64,000 bases of DNA from Sphyrna mokarran (GCA_024679065.1 JAGIQG010000001.1:120156001-120220000); one strand, 5' to 3'. Counted from the stretch's first letter, positions 13,241 through 27,680 are shown. Notes: generated by a model from the letters alone, not told the origin. A program made the numbers and translations.

Positions 13241-14749
13241 GCCTCCCTGGGCCCCTAGATGAACCTGTTCAGTGGCAGATTGTGTTCAGTTCTCTGTCAG
13301 GCAAAAGTCAGACATTTCATGGAGGTTAAGAGGAACATCACTCTATCTGTACGGCAAGACGACATCATTCTCTTGCAGCATCCGGTCAATTGTTTTAGCG
13401 CTTTGCCTACGAATGTAGTTATCTCAATGACCTCTCAGAGACACCATAGTATAGTGCAGATATCAGATCCCATGGCGAGAGAGGTCTTCACACCAGGGTC
13501 ACCGTCACTCTTAAACTGAGAGGCTGTGGGGATGTCCCTAGCACCCAGATGAAATCCATGCAAGTATGGGGAGAACGTACAGACCCCACACAATGACCAA
13601 GCCATCATGCCACTTAATTCTCTAGGGCATGATTTTGTAGCCCATTTTAGCCACTTCTGCCTTCATATCCTTGTAAACTGTCTTTATTTAAGTTTAACAT
13701 ACAAGTTTCAGACCCAAACTTCTCACCCTCAAACTAAGTACCTGTGTTTGAATTGTTTGCATGCATCCAACCTAAAAAATATAATAGTGTTGTGTCATTA
13801 TGTTGTTGAAGATCATTTAAAAAATATGGAGAACTATAAAAAGTTACATTTTTCATTCACCATGCTGCTTTTAAAGAGTTTGGAGTTGCCATATGTTGAT
13901 TTTGCTTTCTGTGTGCAAGTAACAAAGTAAGCATGCCTTTGAATGCTCCACTTAATACATTTATTTTAAATTAAAGATTAACTCTGAGTTGAATTATTCA
14001 TTTGTAGGCATAAGCTTAATTGACAAAAACTAGATTTCAAATTCAACAATCCCTGCTCTAGCTTGTCCTTAATTATAATGCATGTCATAGTTCCCAATCT
14101 GACTGTAGACAATCTGCTTCAAGCCAATTGTTCTTCTCACATTTGTTAGATAAGCCTCAACATTTAAGGAAAAATATTTTCACAGCCATTTTGCTTTCTG
14201 TATATTTTCTGTCACTGATGTTTTGGTCAATTTTTGTGTTGCATTGTGTATTTCTTTCATTGTTTTGGCTGCTCTCATGCCTTCAGCTTGACATGATTTA
14301 TTGTGTTAAAGATATGCTATAAATTAAAAACTAGTTGTTGTTTTATCTCCATTCTCAGTTAGGAACATCAGAACAGGAGCCCTTCAAGCCTATTCCAACA
14401 TTTGATGAAATTATGGCTAATGTGACGTATCTCCACATCTATGCCATTGCACCACACCCTTGGTTCACAAAAACCCACCAAACTCAGAATTTAAATTTAC
14501 AATTGATTTGGCATTCTTTATCACATGCAAAACTGAATTCCAAACCTCTAACGCTCTGTGCATAGAAATCAGAATTTTACTGGCCTGCCCACCATGAGAA
14601 TTGGAGCAGGTGAGGGACGGAGCATGGGAAGGTCCATTGAACTCGGGCGGATTTTATGGTTTTGGAACAAGCAAGGCCATTAAATCCCACCCAGATTCTT
14701 TTAATAGTCTCTTTTTTGATAAACATCCAGTCCTCAAATTAGCAGCAGC

Positions 14750-15420
14750 AGGTAAGATGGTCAGGAAAGCATACAGGATACTTGCCTTTATTGGCCAAGA
14801 CATAGAGTATAAGTGCAGAGGGGCTATACTCGATCAATATTAAAAATAGATTGCAGCAGAAGTATGGAGCACAGTTGTGATCACATTACAGGAAGGATGT
14901 AATCGCGCTAGAGAGAAAACAGGTGATTTATGAGGATATTATCAGGAAAGGAGAATTTTAGCTATGAGTAAAGATTTGAAAGGCTGAGTTGGTTTTCTTT
15001 GGAACTAAGATAGCTTAGGGGAGATTTAATTGAGGTGTATAAAATCTGAGTGCCGTAGATACAATGGATAGGAAGCACCTATTCCCCTAGCAGAGGGGTA
15101 ATTAAGCAAAGGGCATAATGGTAAAATTATTAGAAGTATTGGTGAGGAGTAGATGAGTATTTATTCATTCAGAGGTCCATTCCCTCAAAGCTGAATATAT
15201 CCTTTCTGAAGTGTGATTTCCAAAGCTCACAATACTCCAGCAATACAGAGGTGTAACCAGATCTTCTATCCCGTTATATTCTAATCTCTTGATATCAAGG
15301 ACACTGTTCCATTAACCTTTTTGATTATTTCCCATATCTGTTCATGACATTTTAATGATCCAGGTATTGAGAATTCCAAGTCCCTTTCCGCTTCCATTGT
15401 TTTCAGCTTTGCACCATTTA
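14750..15420. mobile_element. Adjacent CR1 fragments in opposite orientations (+ 14750-15175, - 15180-15420)
   Basis: KMVRKAYRILAFIGQDIEYK on +; CR1-like sequence on - (CCAAAGCTCACAATACTCCAG). Confidence 0.6.
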
Positions 15421-16869
15421 TCTGTCTTAGGATGATGTTTCCAGTGCAGCAAGAAACTATACGGCAATGTGACCAATTCCTGATAGTGGATCTTTAGGCC
15501 TTATGGTATCTCATGAATTTCAGAACTGGAAAAGAGAACACTTGTTCACTTTTGGCGCTTAATGTGAGTAGTAAATACTTCCAGATCTGATGCAGTACAA
15601 GTTGAATGCCCTAATTACAAAATAACATTTCCTATTGTACTGGAAGACTTCTCTATCTTCTAAGTCATTTTTTGAGCGCTATGGCACAAAACTGGTTCTC
15701 TCAGAAAAATGTAATTTAATAGCAATTGATGTTGGATTATGGACAGACTCACTAGAAATAGGATTTAAACTTCTGAAACTCATTGTACAATGGACACTCA
15801 AAGCTGCTATTGATCTGGGTAAATTGTGTGGAAACCCAGGTCTCAGAAGTGGAGGGCAACTTTCCTCATTGCTACCTTATATTTGTAGTCTTTGTTCTTC
15901 CCAACTGATATGACAGCTATTTTTATTTTTCTAAAGCTATGAGACACTCTCCTTCAAGGCAAAGAAAGGACACTGCATTATTTAAACAAAGATTTAAAAA
16001 CCAAGTAGTTCTCTCAATTTTATCAGAACAACAAATACCAATGTATTTTTTAAAAAACATCAGAGACACAAGATTTTCTCAGTGCAAACTCAAAGGAACT
16101 CTCTTCATTTTTCTGTTTTCTAATGATGTGCTATTTGGTTGATATCCAACTAAAATTTTTGTATCATATTTGGCACAATGAACAAACTCCTCCAGCAAAT
16201 TCAAATCATATTTTAATATAGTGGGGGACTGCAGTTTCACAAAGTAGTTGAATGTAAACTGTATCAAGTTCCAAATTGCAAAAAAGAACTAAAATATGAT
16301 ATAAACAGACACCATTGAAAAAGTGACAAACAAACAGACTCAGCGGATAGAATCTTACCAAAAATTGGCAAGTGTCAGTGTCTATTTGAAAATGACTGTG
16401 ACTCTCCAGAGAAACAGACAGCTTTACTCTCAGATCTCTTCACTTTGGCATAGGATGACATTGCCAAGTTGGCACAGTTACAATTGTTTGGCCATGTCCC
16501 TTTTCCCTGGGGATTATATTTACCTTTGCATCCCTAGGAGATCCCAACAACAGGTTCATTTTTAGGTGTCAATATACAGTGGGTGGTTGGAGGGGTGGGG
16601 GCGGGAGATCCCTAATTACAGGTCAACTGCCCACATAGAAATTATGTGCTTTAAACAGGACAGCTATGAATCAAGAATTATACATAAACGACTTTGCTAT
16701 TCTACTCAAAGAAACAAATAAGATGTGACATTCATCTTTCCTGAACTCAAGGATCATGAAATTTGATCAAAAATGCAAAAGATACAGTGCTATTTTTTAT
16801 GTGAAATATACAGGATGTCATTGGCTATGATAGGATTTTTCTGGCCTTCCTTTCATTTTCCATTAGAGA

Positions 16870-17045
16870 GGATAGATGGAGCCTCAGTTTAATGTCTCAT
16901 CTGAAACACAACACCTGCCATAATGTGACAATCCTTCAGTACTGCTGTAAAGTGTCAGCTTAGGTTTTTGTGCACAAGTCCTGGATGGGACTTGGAACCC
17001 AACTGTTTGACTGAGAGGTAAGAATGCTTACTGAGCTACAGCTGA
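16870..17045 (-). mobile_element. SacSINE1/DeuSINE-like SINE, 5' part
   Basis: Minus-strand tRNA-like head (TAGCTCAGT...GGTTCCAAGTCC) followed by CAGTACTG..GGA body; homologous to 39150-39440. Confidence 0.65.
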
Positions 17046-19530
17046 GTTATGTAGTGGAATGTAGTGTAATTCAGTAAGCTGAAATGTGATGACAGGAGTT
17101 ATCTTTTATAATCCTGAATCTTTCTATAAGTAACTTAATAATTGGACAGAAAAAGCTCTACTTAATAAATTTTATGCCCATGATAGTGATGCTGAATTCA
17201 AGGAGAATATCCTGCATATAAATATATTTTTAAAGGCTTATGCAATTAGCACAAGTGCTCATTTAAAGTTGATTAATCAAAATTTCAGTTCCCCAAGTGA
17301 AATGGATAATGCATTCTTGCCATTTTATGCATAACTAACAAATGCTGCTGATATCTACATCAGCTTCAGTATCCTTGTGATGGTTGTGGGGTGAGGGGAG
17401 GTTGAATAATCAGCTAGGGATAATGCTCCTGACCACTGCCCAGAGATCGCTGCCATGTAAATGCCTGGCATAATTTTTTGACGAAGAGGTGAGACTGATA
17501 CAACTAGGTCATCTGAAATGTGAAGAGTGACATTTGAATGAGGTTACAGAAGAGATGCTAGCATTTACATAATATTATCACAGTATAAGCCAACATTTTT
17601 AAGAGTCATAACTGACACAAAAGGAAAAATAAAAATAACCATTTACTGCACAGTTGAGACTGAAGAATTACTGTATGGAGAAGAATGTGTGCAATTTGTA
17701 AATGAAAATCATAAATCCATTCATTATTGATGTTTCAGATTATGTTACTCAACCTGCACAAAGAAAATCATCCTCAAATGATTAAATGTTAGCATTTAAA
17801 TGTTGTTAGGGAAGGTAATCTTGCTATTGAGTTCCACTACTGCAGTTCAATAATCACAAGATATATTTCCTTATGAATAAAGCAGAATCATTAAATTACT
17901 GTTTGTATTTTATAATCATTCCTTTAAAAGACGATAATATCATGTAGTGCATCTTGTTACATTTTTATGCTATGATTGGCAACTAGCTCATGTACATAAA
18001 ACTTTAAAATATTTACATCTTAATAAAATCAGTTTAAATGATTGAGAACTACTAACATAGACATTATTTTAAGGCATATGTTTACATCAAATAGAATTTC
18101 TTGCACTAGAGTTTTTCATTAAAACATTCAATTAAATTGTTCTAGGCACTATAGATAGAAAATTGACTCCCGTCAAACCTGCTCCAATTGTAAACAAGAT
18201 AAATCACTATGATTGCAGTTGTAAATACATGATTTTATAAATTATATGACATAAGCAAGGCAACAGAGTGTAAAACAGAAGCTCAAAAATCATCCTCAGC
18301 TCTGCAAATTAAACTGTCTTCACACAGTAATGATTTCAAATGTTTTGTGCATTATAAAAGTATATGAACAAAACAACAGAAGCCAATGAATGGTCATTGA
18401 AGTAACATTAGGATTATGTTACTTGTCGATCCAGTTTAAGTTTGTGCAGTGAGATCTCTTGAAAATAAACTGATTTGGAATGCAAACAGCAAGGATTAAG
18501 AAAAATAAACTGACAGCAATATGTTTATGATTACCAATACAGCACTACATATATTGTGAACATGTAAAAGTATGTTTACAGTAGAAAAAAAACCCACATC
18601 CCAGTATACTTATATGATTGAATCAAACAACACTCCTGACAACAATACATAAATATTCATTTATGTAAAAATCTAAATCCTTTATTGTTTAGCCACACAA
18701 AGCATGGTGGAATCCATCTCAGAAATCAACGAAAGCAGTGCCACTGGTCATAAAGCCTTGATTCTTAGACTGTACATTGGCTACATCTTGTAATATTTTT
18801 GTAAAATGTGTTCAAGTTTAGACACAGTATACAATCATTCCAGAAACCAGAAGCCTTTTTGTGAAAAGTGAAATCATAATTTGGTCAAACCCTAATCTAC
18901 AATTGGATTAGGCAAAAATGAATCACGTTTTCCAAATTTGTCAAAATTATGACAATTCCAAGTTGAGCTGACTATTTACAATCACTGCATTTCATATTGA
19001 TGTTTTCTCCATTTCATCCAACTAATAAGAGCAGAAGAAGAAAATCTGTTCATTATGTGTATTATTGTGAATGCACTCAGAAAACATATTCATATAAAAG
19101 AGCCATGACAATCTTTTCTGTCTTCGAATTGAAATCAAGATTTCCAAACGTAGAATATAAGAATCATGTATGGTGCATATCAGGAATCAAACAGAAATAA
19201 TGTGATTAATAGATTTAAATATCAATACACAGCACAACTTAATTTAAAAATGTGCACTAAATCATTCTATACAAATACTAATAAGAGTTACATATTAACT
19301 GCAAAAACCTCCCAGAGGTATCTGAACTTACATTATTGGCATTAATGTGCCTTTAAGATTCATTTTGTAGCCCGAAAACCTACACTACAGCAATTACAAC
19401 CTTCAGATGTTAACTGTAGCAAAATAGATGTTTTGCCCCTTTTGGTCAAGTTTTAATAAGTTGATCAAAGTTTGTGAAAATAGAAGATGATCATAAGTTA
19501 TTTTTCTTCCTATTCTTTACAAGCCCCTAC

Positions 19531-22500
19531 CCTTGCCAATTTCCATGTTCTTGAAGCCCATCCCACTTATGTTTCCATTCACATTATCAATGTCATTTGC
19601 TGGTTCACCTGCAAGGCAACATAGTTTGTTAGTATCAAAGCAATCCTCTTCCCTTGATTTTGCTTCCCTCACACATACAACCCCCATCAGGACTGATAAA
19701 ATTTACCATATGCACGAAACCAAGAACAGCCTTCTTTTTATTGCCTATTTATATCGATTTTTATCCTACATGACCAGATCTTCAGCCTGTCTTGATTGAT
19801 ATTGGTCAAAGGGTCAAATGATACAATAATTTTACACATGGCTGAATCCATGAAGTTTCAAACCCAATCTTACGCTGCTAAATGTAAAATTGCTGCTGAA
19901 AGATTGAACAGCAGCTCATTAATCTCACTGTTCACTTTAAAATCTCAAGTCAATCAACTTTTTTTAATACTTCACCTAGTTTGCTTTGTTCTTTTCTCTT
20001 CAGGGTTGATTCATGCTGAGCTATTGTTCATCCCAGCACCTCATCTAATGGACCATTCTTATCTGTGTGCAAGCAAGTATTTGATTGTTGAAGGATACAT
20101 CATGGGTTAGTTGTGCTTTGTCTGATATGTTTATGCATGGTCTCCAACAGAGTTTACTTGACAGTAATCAGAAATGGATTCCTGGCTAATTTTTCCTTTC
20201 CCTAGTATTGGGATCTAATTTTAGTGCCCATATTGCTCAGTTAACGCAACTTACACTGAAAATGTATCCATTTTCAGACACAGAACAAAGGCCCATACTT
20301 CAACATACTTCAATTTTCAGGCAAGCTTGTAGATCAGCAACTAGCTTGTCACCTATCTCCAGTAAAAGGCTGTTTAAAGATAATAAGTTGCTCATAACCA
20401 TATATTTCCTCTCCACCATAATTCAACTCCACAATTAACTGCAGATCAGGACTGTCTCTACCCAACCAAAACAAATTCTATCCCGATGCAAATATTCAAT
20501 CCAGCTAGTGAAATTTATTCCTCAAGATCATTGGTGTCAGTTCTCTGAATATATCAAGTTATTTGTCCATCATCTGTAGGCCCTTTGCTCACATATATCT
20601 AGATCACTTTTCCATATTATGAGAGGTTGTGGGGCTGACAGGAGTGAGTACATTCAACATTAGCACTGATATACGTTGATTCATTACGCCCAAAACCTTT
20701 TATTAAAAATCCATACAAGACTTCATCCCACTCTAATTTTTGAATCCTTATACTCTGTTTCTCCAAGTGTAAAATTCTTTCTTCTGATTCCAGACTTCCG
20801 TGCAATTTCCTACATTCCCTTCTCCAGTTCTTAAAACTCTTCTCAATACCCATTTCTTTTTGCAAACTTTTATTTTCTGCAATCTTTTCCTTCTAGGTTT
20901 GGAGTTCATTTTCCATACGTCTAACTTAGAATGCTTTTCTAACAAAAACAGCATAAATTCAAATTGATAAGCATACAATTGATAAGAACTCACCGCAAAC
21001 CAGTGATCCAACTTGGTGGCTTGTAGTCTTGCCAACGGATTTTAACTTTACTGCAAATTAAATATCAAACAAAAATAATAAGAATTAGAGATAATGGATA
21101 ACATTCAATGTTAACTATATTGTGGCATCAACTATACAGCGATTCCAGTGATGTCACTAGAACAATTTTAGTCTTGCAAAACCATCTGTTCTCAATTATG
21201 ACATCATTTCAACGTAATATAAAACATACTTGATGGAGTTGAAATCATGTGTGGTACAAAACACAAAAAAAATCTGTTGACTTTTACTTATTATGTTATT
21301 AAATTCCAAATGTAAAAACAGAACAGCAGAGCACAAAATGATACCCAACACTCAACGTGGAAAAGTCTTGCATGCAATTTGCTTGAGCACTAAACACAAG
21401 ATCATCGTCCATGCGCACTCATCTGTTTCTTATTCACGCACTAATATGTCCAAACTGATTTTCAAATGGCAAAACATTTAGAATTCAACTGAAGTACTTG
21501 AAATTTGGTGCATGAGACATGAGATATCAACAAGGAAAGAATCCTAAATCATATGCCAATAAATGTGTTAATGTTTTGACAAACGAGGCAAAACAATACA
21601 GTGTAGGTTTATGTTGGCAAAGGACAATGAATTGTGCCTTCTCTTTCTTCGTGGTTATTCTTCAATGCAGAAATGTGATGTAAAAGTCTGGGAATGTTAA
21701 TGAAACTTAAAAGATTGACTGGTTAGAATGGCATCAAAAACCGAGACAAATGGAATTTGTTTGTCATTCTATAAGATTCCATCAAGTTCTACAATATTAA
21801 GCATATATAGCAGAGTTATAAAACACAAGTAAGTTGTAGATATAAAATCATGTGCCAGTTGTTAATAAAGTTTGTGACCAAAAGTGATCTATTCTCTTCC
21901 CCACTGCAATTCTATGCAAAAACAGGCATAAACAGTCAAGAGGGTAGAGTACAAAACTCTGTCACATTGTGTTGACTCAACACTATTACAAATACACACC
22001 TCTGCCTTGAGTCCTTTCCCTGCCTAGATGAGGTTCTATCACATTAAAGCTGGAAAAAAGAATTTCCATCTCACTGAGAGGCTTCAAAACCTCTCAGGAT
22101 GTTGCCTGGTATGGAGGGCAGGTCTTATGAAGAGAGGCTGAGGGATTTGAGGTTGTTTTCGTTAGAAAGGAGGCGGCTAAGAGGGGACCTTATCGAAACA
22201 TATAAGATGATTAGAGGTTTAGATAGGGTGGACAGTGATAGCCTTTTTCCTAGGATGGAGAAAGCTAGCACGAGGGGACACAGCTTTAAATTAAGGGGTG
22301 ATAGTTATAGGACGGATATCAGAGGTAGGTTCTTTACCCAAAGGGTGGTTCGGGAGTGGAATGCCCTGCCTGCAGCAGTTGTAGATGCGCCAAGTTTGGT
22401 GGCGTTTAAGAGGTTAGTTGATAAGTATATGGAAGAGAAGGGAATGGTTTAGTTTGGAGGGTCATTGCTTTTTCTATTGGTCGGCGCAACATCGAAGGCC

Positions 22501-22873
22501 GAAGGGCCTGTTCTGTGCTGTAATGTTTTATGTTCTATGTTCTAAAACAATCCACATCCAATAACGTACTCTGCAAACATTGGTCACATTGACAGGTACG
22601 ACAAATTCCATCACAACAATTGAGATAATCAGTAACATATCAAATATTACAACCTGTAACAGTCTGAAGAGAAGCTGATTGCCCTCATCTCTCAATGTTA
22701 ACAGATCCTTTGAAAAATTCCAAGATTTGGATTTGCATTTTCAAAAAAAACTTGGGTTATGTCTTACCTTTGTACCAAGGTACAAGAAAATTCACCCATT
22801 AGTCTTTGAGATGTTGGGTGGATTCTTAAGCTCAGATTCTCCATACACAAGAATGGAAGCATGCACTCAAAAT
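19531..22873 (-). pseudogene. Decayed multi-exon coding remnant, weakly CCDC73-like (exon-like blocks 22768-22873, 20994-21050, 19531-20920)
   Basis: Canonical sites CTCCAG|...AAG|GTAAGA, TTTGCAG|...GCG|GTGAGT, TTAG|...AGG|GTAGGG with matching phases, giving ...TLVQSKVKIRWQDYKPPSWITGLRRMENELQT*KEKIAENKSLQKE...; stops and frameshifts in the long last block. The family call is from recalled similarity only. Confidence 0.45.
22097..22543 (+). mobile_element. Young 5'-truncated CR1-type LINE fragment
   Basis: Open 117-aa RT C-terminus (MLPGMEGRSYEERL...RVVREWNALP) and ATGTTCT-repeat tail. Confidence 0.92.
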
Positions 22874-23559
22874 CTGGAGAGTTTTGGAGAAACCTTATTC
22901 TCAACAATGAGATTATATTTTGTAATTTTGAATTAAGTCCAATGGCAGATTAATGTGGAATATGCCACGGAATATTGCAAACATAATTTTAATGCATTAG
23001 CATCACATTACTGGTTACTCCTCTTGATATTGAGCCCACATCAAATATTCAGCAGTGATATCATGTCAGCACCATTTATATAAGCGTGAACCTAGCACCT
23101 TCACCTCTGAAGGGGATATTGGAGGTGCGTGCTCAGGCAACCATTTCTCCACATTCTGTCCAATACTCAAGGAGCACCAGGGTGCATGCTAGAGACATAG
23201 GTAAGTATACTCAGGATCGTGAGTGGAAGTCACTCTCACCATACCAGTAGGAGGAGAGGAGGGTACTAGGTGAAATGGGTTGGTTCTATGCCTTGAGAAA
23301 ATGGAAGCTTAACGTTATTCATCCTGATGGTACACAGGGGAAATAATGTATAAACTGTTGTATCAGAGGGGATGCTGAGAAGAAGAGAAGATATTAATGG
23401 GAGGCATTTGATTGGAAGTCACAGAGGCATGGAAAAATGAGGGTCAGAGCTCAGGCAGGACGCCTTATAGCTCACTGTGATGGTCTCACTCTTTCAATGC
23501 AAGCTTCAGAAAAATCAAGCAGCCTATAGATTTGATGTTTCTAATCATTATGATTGAAC

Positions 23560-24620
23560 AGCAGCAGGGAAAATGACATGCTGCCATATGACCAAAGACT
23601 TCCAGCTGTTCAGCAAGCAGAACAGCATCAACCTCAGAGAGAGTACTAGCCTAGAATCCTCCAGTGTCAGTGCTCATATCTTCAGATGTCCAAGCTTCAG
23701 TGCCAGAGAAGGCTATGCCTACTCCAGGGAATGGTGGACCACCTTTACCACATTATGCATGAGCTGGCAGCCCATGGAACTGGGCCTGCGACCCTTAAAG
23801 TTAAAGCTTCACTAAACTTTTTTGTTCGTTGTGTCTTCAAGGACAGCACAGGGGGCATCTGTGTCATCTCCCAGTCTGCCACACACAAATGTATTAGGAG
23901 GTCACAGATGGTTCTCTATGTAAGAGCAGAGATGCTTATAAACTTGAACCAGGATTAGGTGAGCTAAGACATCATGGCCATGAGTTTTATCCTCATAGCA
24001 GAATGCTCCAGGTGCAAGGTCACCACCCATACGGTCACCACCACAGCAGGCGATGAACCACAAGGGGTTCCACACCCACAATGTCCAACACATCTGCAAC
24101 CACATAATGCACATCATACAGGTCTGTACCCATTTCCCATGGAGCACCCATAACAGATACATCTTGGTTTGCCCACAAAGACCAACCATCTGTCAGGAAG
24201 AGTGGCAGCTAGAGGAATGAGTCCTGAGAGATAAGGATGTGGCTAATGACACCAGTGTGGAAGCCACAAACACCAGCAGATACACATTACAATGATGCTC
24301 ATACTTGAATGTGCATCTTGGTGGAGCAGGTCACTGGACTGCTAAAGATGTAGTTCTAGTGCCTGGACTGGCCAGGGATGCCCTACAAGACAGCTTCCAG
24401 AAGATATCCCATATTACTGTGTTGTACTGCGAGATTCGCAACTTAGCACTGCAGAGGGGAGACCACCTGAAATAAGAGGAGTTGAGTGAGTGTCACACCT
24501 TCTCGGATGAGGAGTATGTTGAGAAAAGAGGTGGGCATTTTAAAGCCAAAGAAGAGGAGGAGAAAGGCTGGGCTATGTACAGGGCCACGATGAGCCACCA
24601 ACTAAGGGATACCCTTATTA
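23560..24620 (+). mobile_element. Harbinger/PIF (HARBI1-like) DDE nuclease relic
   Basis: Broken motifs QMSKLQCQRRLCL, ASLNFF...GGICVISQSATHKCI, HKGFHTHNVQHICNH, GAPITDTSW-region and a (G)DKG-like segment match Harbinger transposases. Confidence 0.75.
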
Positions 24621-25099
24621 TATCTCGCTTTGGGAATGAGCAGGAATAGTAGACCATGTCAAGCTTCTCCTGAAATGGGTGTCAGGTCATACAAAGCATC
24701 ATCCTGCACATCTCCAGACAGGAGGTCGAAAACTATTGGCCGGACTTTGCAGGAAAATGATGATGACTTGTTGCGAGGGCGAAGTGATGCTCTTTGCATC
24801 TTCAGCAATATGTCTAACTAACGGAAAGTTGAATGTTTCCTGCCAATGAACAGACATGTGGTGGGCTTCATAAATAGTTTAAAACGAGCAGTAGGTACTG
24901 CCAGCCCTTTAGCAATGCTGCACTCTAGAAAAGCTTTAACCTTAATGAAGGGATGGTGGGGGGAGGGATGCCCGTTCCAAAATGGGAATATGGGAAGGAT
25001 TTCCAAGGGTGCGGGGTGTAACAGGGGTATAGGTTATAATATCAAATGATAGGTTGTGGGCTAACAAAGTGCATATTTATTTTGGAACTATATATATAG

Positions 25100-26751
25100 T
25101 AGTGATTTTTCTGCACTTATACCAAACAGATGCCTATAACTTCATACCCTTCCTTACCCTCACACTACATTTAGGTGTTTCACCAGGATCCACAGATGAA
25201 AGGAAAAACAGATAAATGTGATTTCATTCAATGAATATATTAAATCCAAGAGGATAACAGAAACAGTCAGGAATGAATATCAATACTGTTCAAGCTAAAT
25301 GAATGCTTTATCCTGTAGATAGTGTACCCTAATGCAATGTTGTTAAAAGTGTGGGTTGCGACTTCTGGGTGAGTCATGGGATGCTGAAAAATCAGTCGCT
25401 CAAAATGATCCTGAAAGATCATCTGTCTTTTCTGTTTTGTCTCTGGATAAATTCTCGTTGCCGTACAGTGTATAACCAAATCAGACAAAAGTAAATAGGC
25501 ACCAAATGAATTGGCACTGGTGCCAATTCACTAGGTGCCAATTGTCTTTCTCGGAACATTTGTATATTCGGATCATTTTATTATGCAAAAGAGAGGCCAG
25601 ACACACCAACAGCCAGGAAATCTACTGGCTAGGATCTTGCATCTGAATCCGCTGGAGAGAATGCTAGCTGCTGTATCGAGTCGATGACAGAACGAAGCAG
25701 TATTAATGTCAGTACTGGATAGAATGCCAGGACCTCCAGTGAACAGCCTGCAAAGAAAAACCTAAAATCACTAACAAAGCAGCATAAAAATGATTTTTTG
25801 AGATATAGTTTTGTCAATTGTACACCACAAATCAGGTCCATGCGTACTATATGCAGCGAAATGCTAGCAAATGGGAGTTTAAAACCCTCAAAACTTCAAA
25901 GGCATCTGAAGGCCAAGCATGATGAGCTGAGGAACAAACCGTGAGACATTTTTCAAACAATAAGAACTGAAATCATCAGTCAAATTCTCAGCAAAAATTT
26001 AACATTGAATGAGAAAGCACAACCAATCTCTTACATGGTAGCTTACTACATAGCTACAGAGAAATATCCCACATTGTTGCACAGAAATTAATTTTCCCTG
26101 TAGCATTTCAGGTGGTTCACATAGTTTTAGATGAAAAGTCAGCTGGGATGCATTGTGCTTAGTGATAAAACAATATCTTGTTGATTTTGTGATATTGCTG
26201 AAAATTTATAAGTTGTTTATTTCTTAGTTAAAGTTAATGGGGGATTTCTCAAACAACCGGATAAAAGTACAGATGTTACATGTTGCACAACCTTGTTAGT
26301 TTACATTAGGTATATTATTGAGGATTTGTTATGCTGCTAGACATTACTAAGCAGCATGACTGGCACAAAGATATTTGAAGCGTTGAATAGCTACATGGTC
26401 GTAAAGTGTGGACTCAACTGGGCTAATTGCAAAGGGATTCACAAATGAAGGGGCAGCCCACAACACTGGGAAAAAAGGGGACTTAGAATAAGGATTAAGG
26501 AGGCGTTTGGACAGAACATTATTAGAAGCATTGTCTTAATCACCATAAAGAACTGGCATCAAGGGGAATTCCATTTGATCTTGACATTGGGGTGCACTGT
26601 TCTCTCATTCTGTGAACCTGATTGGAGTGAGATCATGAGGACGAAGCAGGCTCATCCATCACATTAAGTAGCAAGTGAATGTGGCGTGGGTTACAAGGAA
26701 CTGCCATTTGGTAAATGTTGGTTGCTAAAAAAAACAGTTTGAAAAACACTG
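25100..26751 (+). mobile_element. hAT (Buster/Charlie, ZBED5-like) DNA transposon relic, internally deleted
   Basis: Frameshifted motifs LANGSLKPSKLQRHLKAKH, SYMVAYYIA, QPDKSTDV..TLLVYIRY, TGTKIFEALNSY, GLNWANCKG; right TIR-like GTTTGAAAAACACTG ends at 26751; left end uncertain. Confidence 0.85.
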
Positions 26752-26787
26752 TGCGGATGCATCTAAAGACTTTTCCACTTTCACACT

Positions 26788-27680
26788 GAACCATAGAACC
26801 ATAGAAAATTACAGCTCAGAAACAGGCCTCTTGGCCTTTCTTGTCTGTGCCAAACCATTTTTTACCGAGTGCCACTGATCTGCACTTGGACCATATCCCT
26901 CCACACCCCTCTCATCCGTGAACCTGACCAAGTTTTTCTTAAATGTTAAACGTGACCCTGCATTTACCACTTTATCCGGCAGCTCATTCTACACTCCCCT
27001 ACTCTCTGTGTGAAAAAGCACCCCCCCCCCTCCAATATTCCCTTTAAACTTTTCTCCTTTAACTTAACCCATGCCCTCTGTTTTTTACCTCCCCTAGCCT
27101 CTGTGGCAAAAGCCTGCTTGCATTCACTCTATCTATACTCATCAAAATCTTATACACCTCTATCAAATCTCCCCACATTCTTCTACACTCTAGGGAATAA
27201 AGTCCTAACCTATTCAACCTCTCTCTGTAACTCAGCTTCTCAAGTCTTGGCAACATCCTTGTGAACCTCTCCTGCACGCTTTCAACCTTATTTACTTCCT
27301 TCCTATAACTAGGTGACCAAAGCTGTACACATTACTCTAAATTCGGCCTCACTAATGCCTTATATAACCTTACAATAACACTCCTACTTTTATATTCGAT
27401 ATTCCAATTTATAAAGGCCAACGTACCAAAAGCACTCTTTACGACTCAATCCACCTGTGATGTCACTTTTAGTGAATTCTGTACCTGTATTCCCAGATCC
27501 CTCTGTTCAACTGCACTCTTCAGAATCCTACCATTTAGCCTGTACATTTTACTTTTGTTTGTCCTTCTAAAATGCAATACCTCACACTTGTCTGTGTTAA
27601 ATTCCATTTGCCATTTTTCAGCCCATTTTTCTAGTTGGTCCAAGTCCCTCGGCAAGATTTGGAAACCTTCCTCGCTATCC
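26788..27680 (-). mobile_element. CR1-type LINE 3' fragment
   Basis: Minus ORFs DLDQLEKWAEKWQMEFNTDKCEVLHF and RFTRMLPRLEKLSYRERL; tail GAACCATAGAACCATAGAA. Confidence 0.92.
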
